DNA of 63,554 nt, the filler included, from Rhabdomonas costata (taxonomy: Eukaryota), in the NCBI GenBank assembly GCA_019059605.1. It is 37 parts of 37 records of this genome, joined end to end, with 100 filler letters (N's around TTAATTAATTAA, not from the genome) between each part and the next. Parts side by side here need not be neighbours in the genome. Positions count along the whole stretch, not along the records: positions 61,938 to 63,554 come from JAHMHO010011851.1; 36 more parts are not named here. The stretch is one strand, 5' to 3'. This document shows, piece by piece, positions 63,048 to 63,554 of the stretch. Each line of letters starts with the position of its first letter. Position 1 is the first letter of the stretch. Below the pieces are notes generated by a model, which saw nothing but the letters and a program-made list of their open reading frames with translations, had not been told where the DNA came from and did no database searches. The position numbers and the translations under genes were made by a program.

Positions 63048-63169
63048 CTGATGAACGCAGAAAGCGGCGACACTCAGACTAGCACGCATTTCTCTTTTTG
63101 AGACAAACAGGAAGGCCAGCCGACGCCCATTTTGATACCAACAGGAAACACTCCTTAGATCTAGGCTCA

Positions 63170-63410
63170 GGAAGGCCAAGCAGCCCGGGCCGAAAGCCTA
63201 AGCTCTTTTGGCCCTTTCACGCGGGAGGCCGAAAACCCAAAACCACCCGAAAAACCCCTCTAGCGCAGCTCCAAACCGAGGCATTCCAGCCCACTCCCGT
63301 GCCAGCATAAGTACTCCTAAGTCTCTACCCTCAGGTATCCATAACCCCTCCGGCCGAAAGCTTAGGCGCTATGCAGGCCGGAAAAGGGCCAAAAAGGGCT
63401 CAAAAATGCG
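63170..63410 (-). repeat. Reverse-strand copy of the dispersed repeat family found in contigs 9 and 11
   Basis: The reverse complement reads GGCCTGCATAGCGCCTAAGCTTTCGGCC ... GGAGTACTTATGCTGGCACGGGAGTGGGCTGGAATGC. Confidence 0.7.
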
Positions 63411-63554
63411 GCAAAGTCGAGAATGCCCTTAAAGGGGCCAACAATTCCCCCAAAAGGCCCCAGAGCGTGGAGAACGACTCCGAGGCCAGCAAGAGGCACA
63501 CAAACCCATCTCAGCAGTATTACCATCCCACCAAATAGCCCAACCCCCCCCAAC

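Noticed and set aside
63420..63554. C/A-rich end as a telomere
   Set aside because: There is no regular telomeric unit, and it matches the A/C primer tail seen on other contigs.

Overview
This is not a contiguous locus. It is an artificial pseudo-scaffold of 37 unrelated contigs of about 1.6 kb, joined by 36 identical 100-nt linkers (N44-TTAATTAATTAA-N44, stops in all six frames). No gene neighbourhood can be inferred across linkers. Most contigs start with G/T-only bases and end with A/C-only bases, and several end in fold-backs, which points to primer-based whole-genome amplification. The DNA comes from an intron-rich eukaryote with short GC-rich exons and mostly GT-AG introns; a euglenid-like protist is my unconfirmed inference. 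Most six-frame ORFs are spurious, and the real genes are spliced fragments. Recognisable fragments: eIF2A, a DNMT2-like C5 methyltransferase, FCP1-like phosphatase, CWC27-like cyclophilin, a NAK kinase, a FOP/CEP43-like protein, a BIG/Sec7 GEF, a TTLL enzyme, a DAG lipase-like protein, a PDE, a degenerate class III cyclase, two Cache-like receptor ectodomains, DnaJ, ankyrin, F-box and metallophosphoesterase proteins, and an NLR-like (NACHT-associated)-pentapeptide-WD40 protein. Mobile DNA includes a dead Merlin transposase, a decayed CRE-like reverse transcriptase, a MITE-like element and two repeat families shared between contigs. All family calls are by motif recognition by eye; no database search was run. 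I found no CRISPR array, tRNA or rRNA, and I cannot show a complete novel system.
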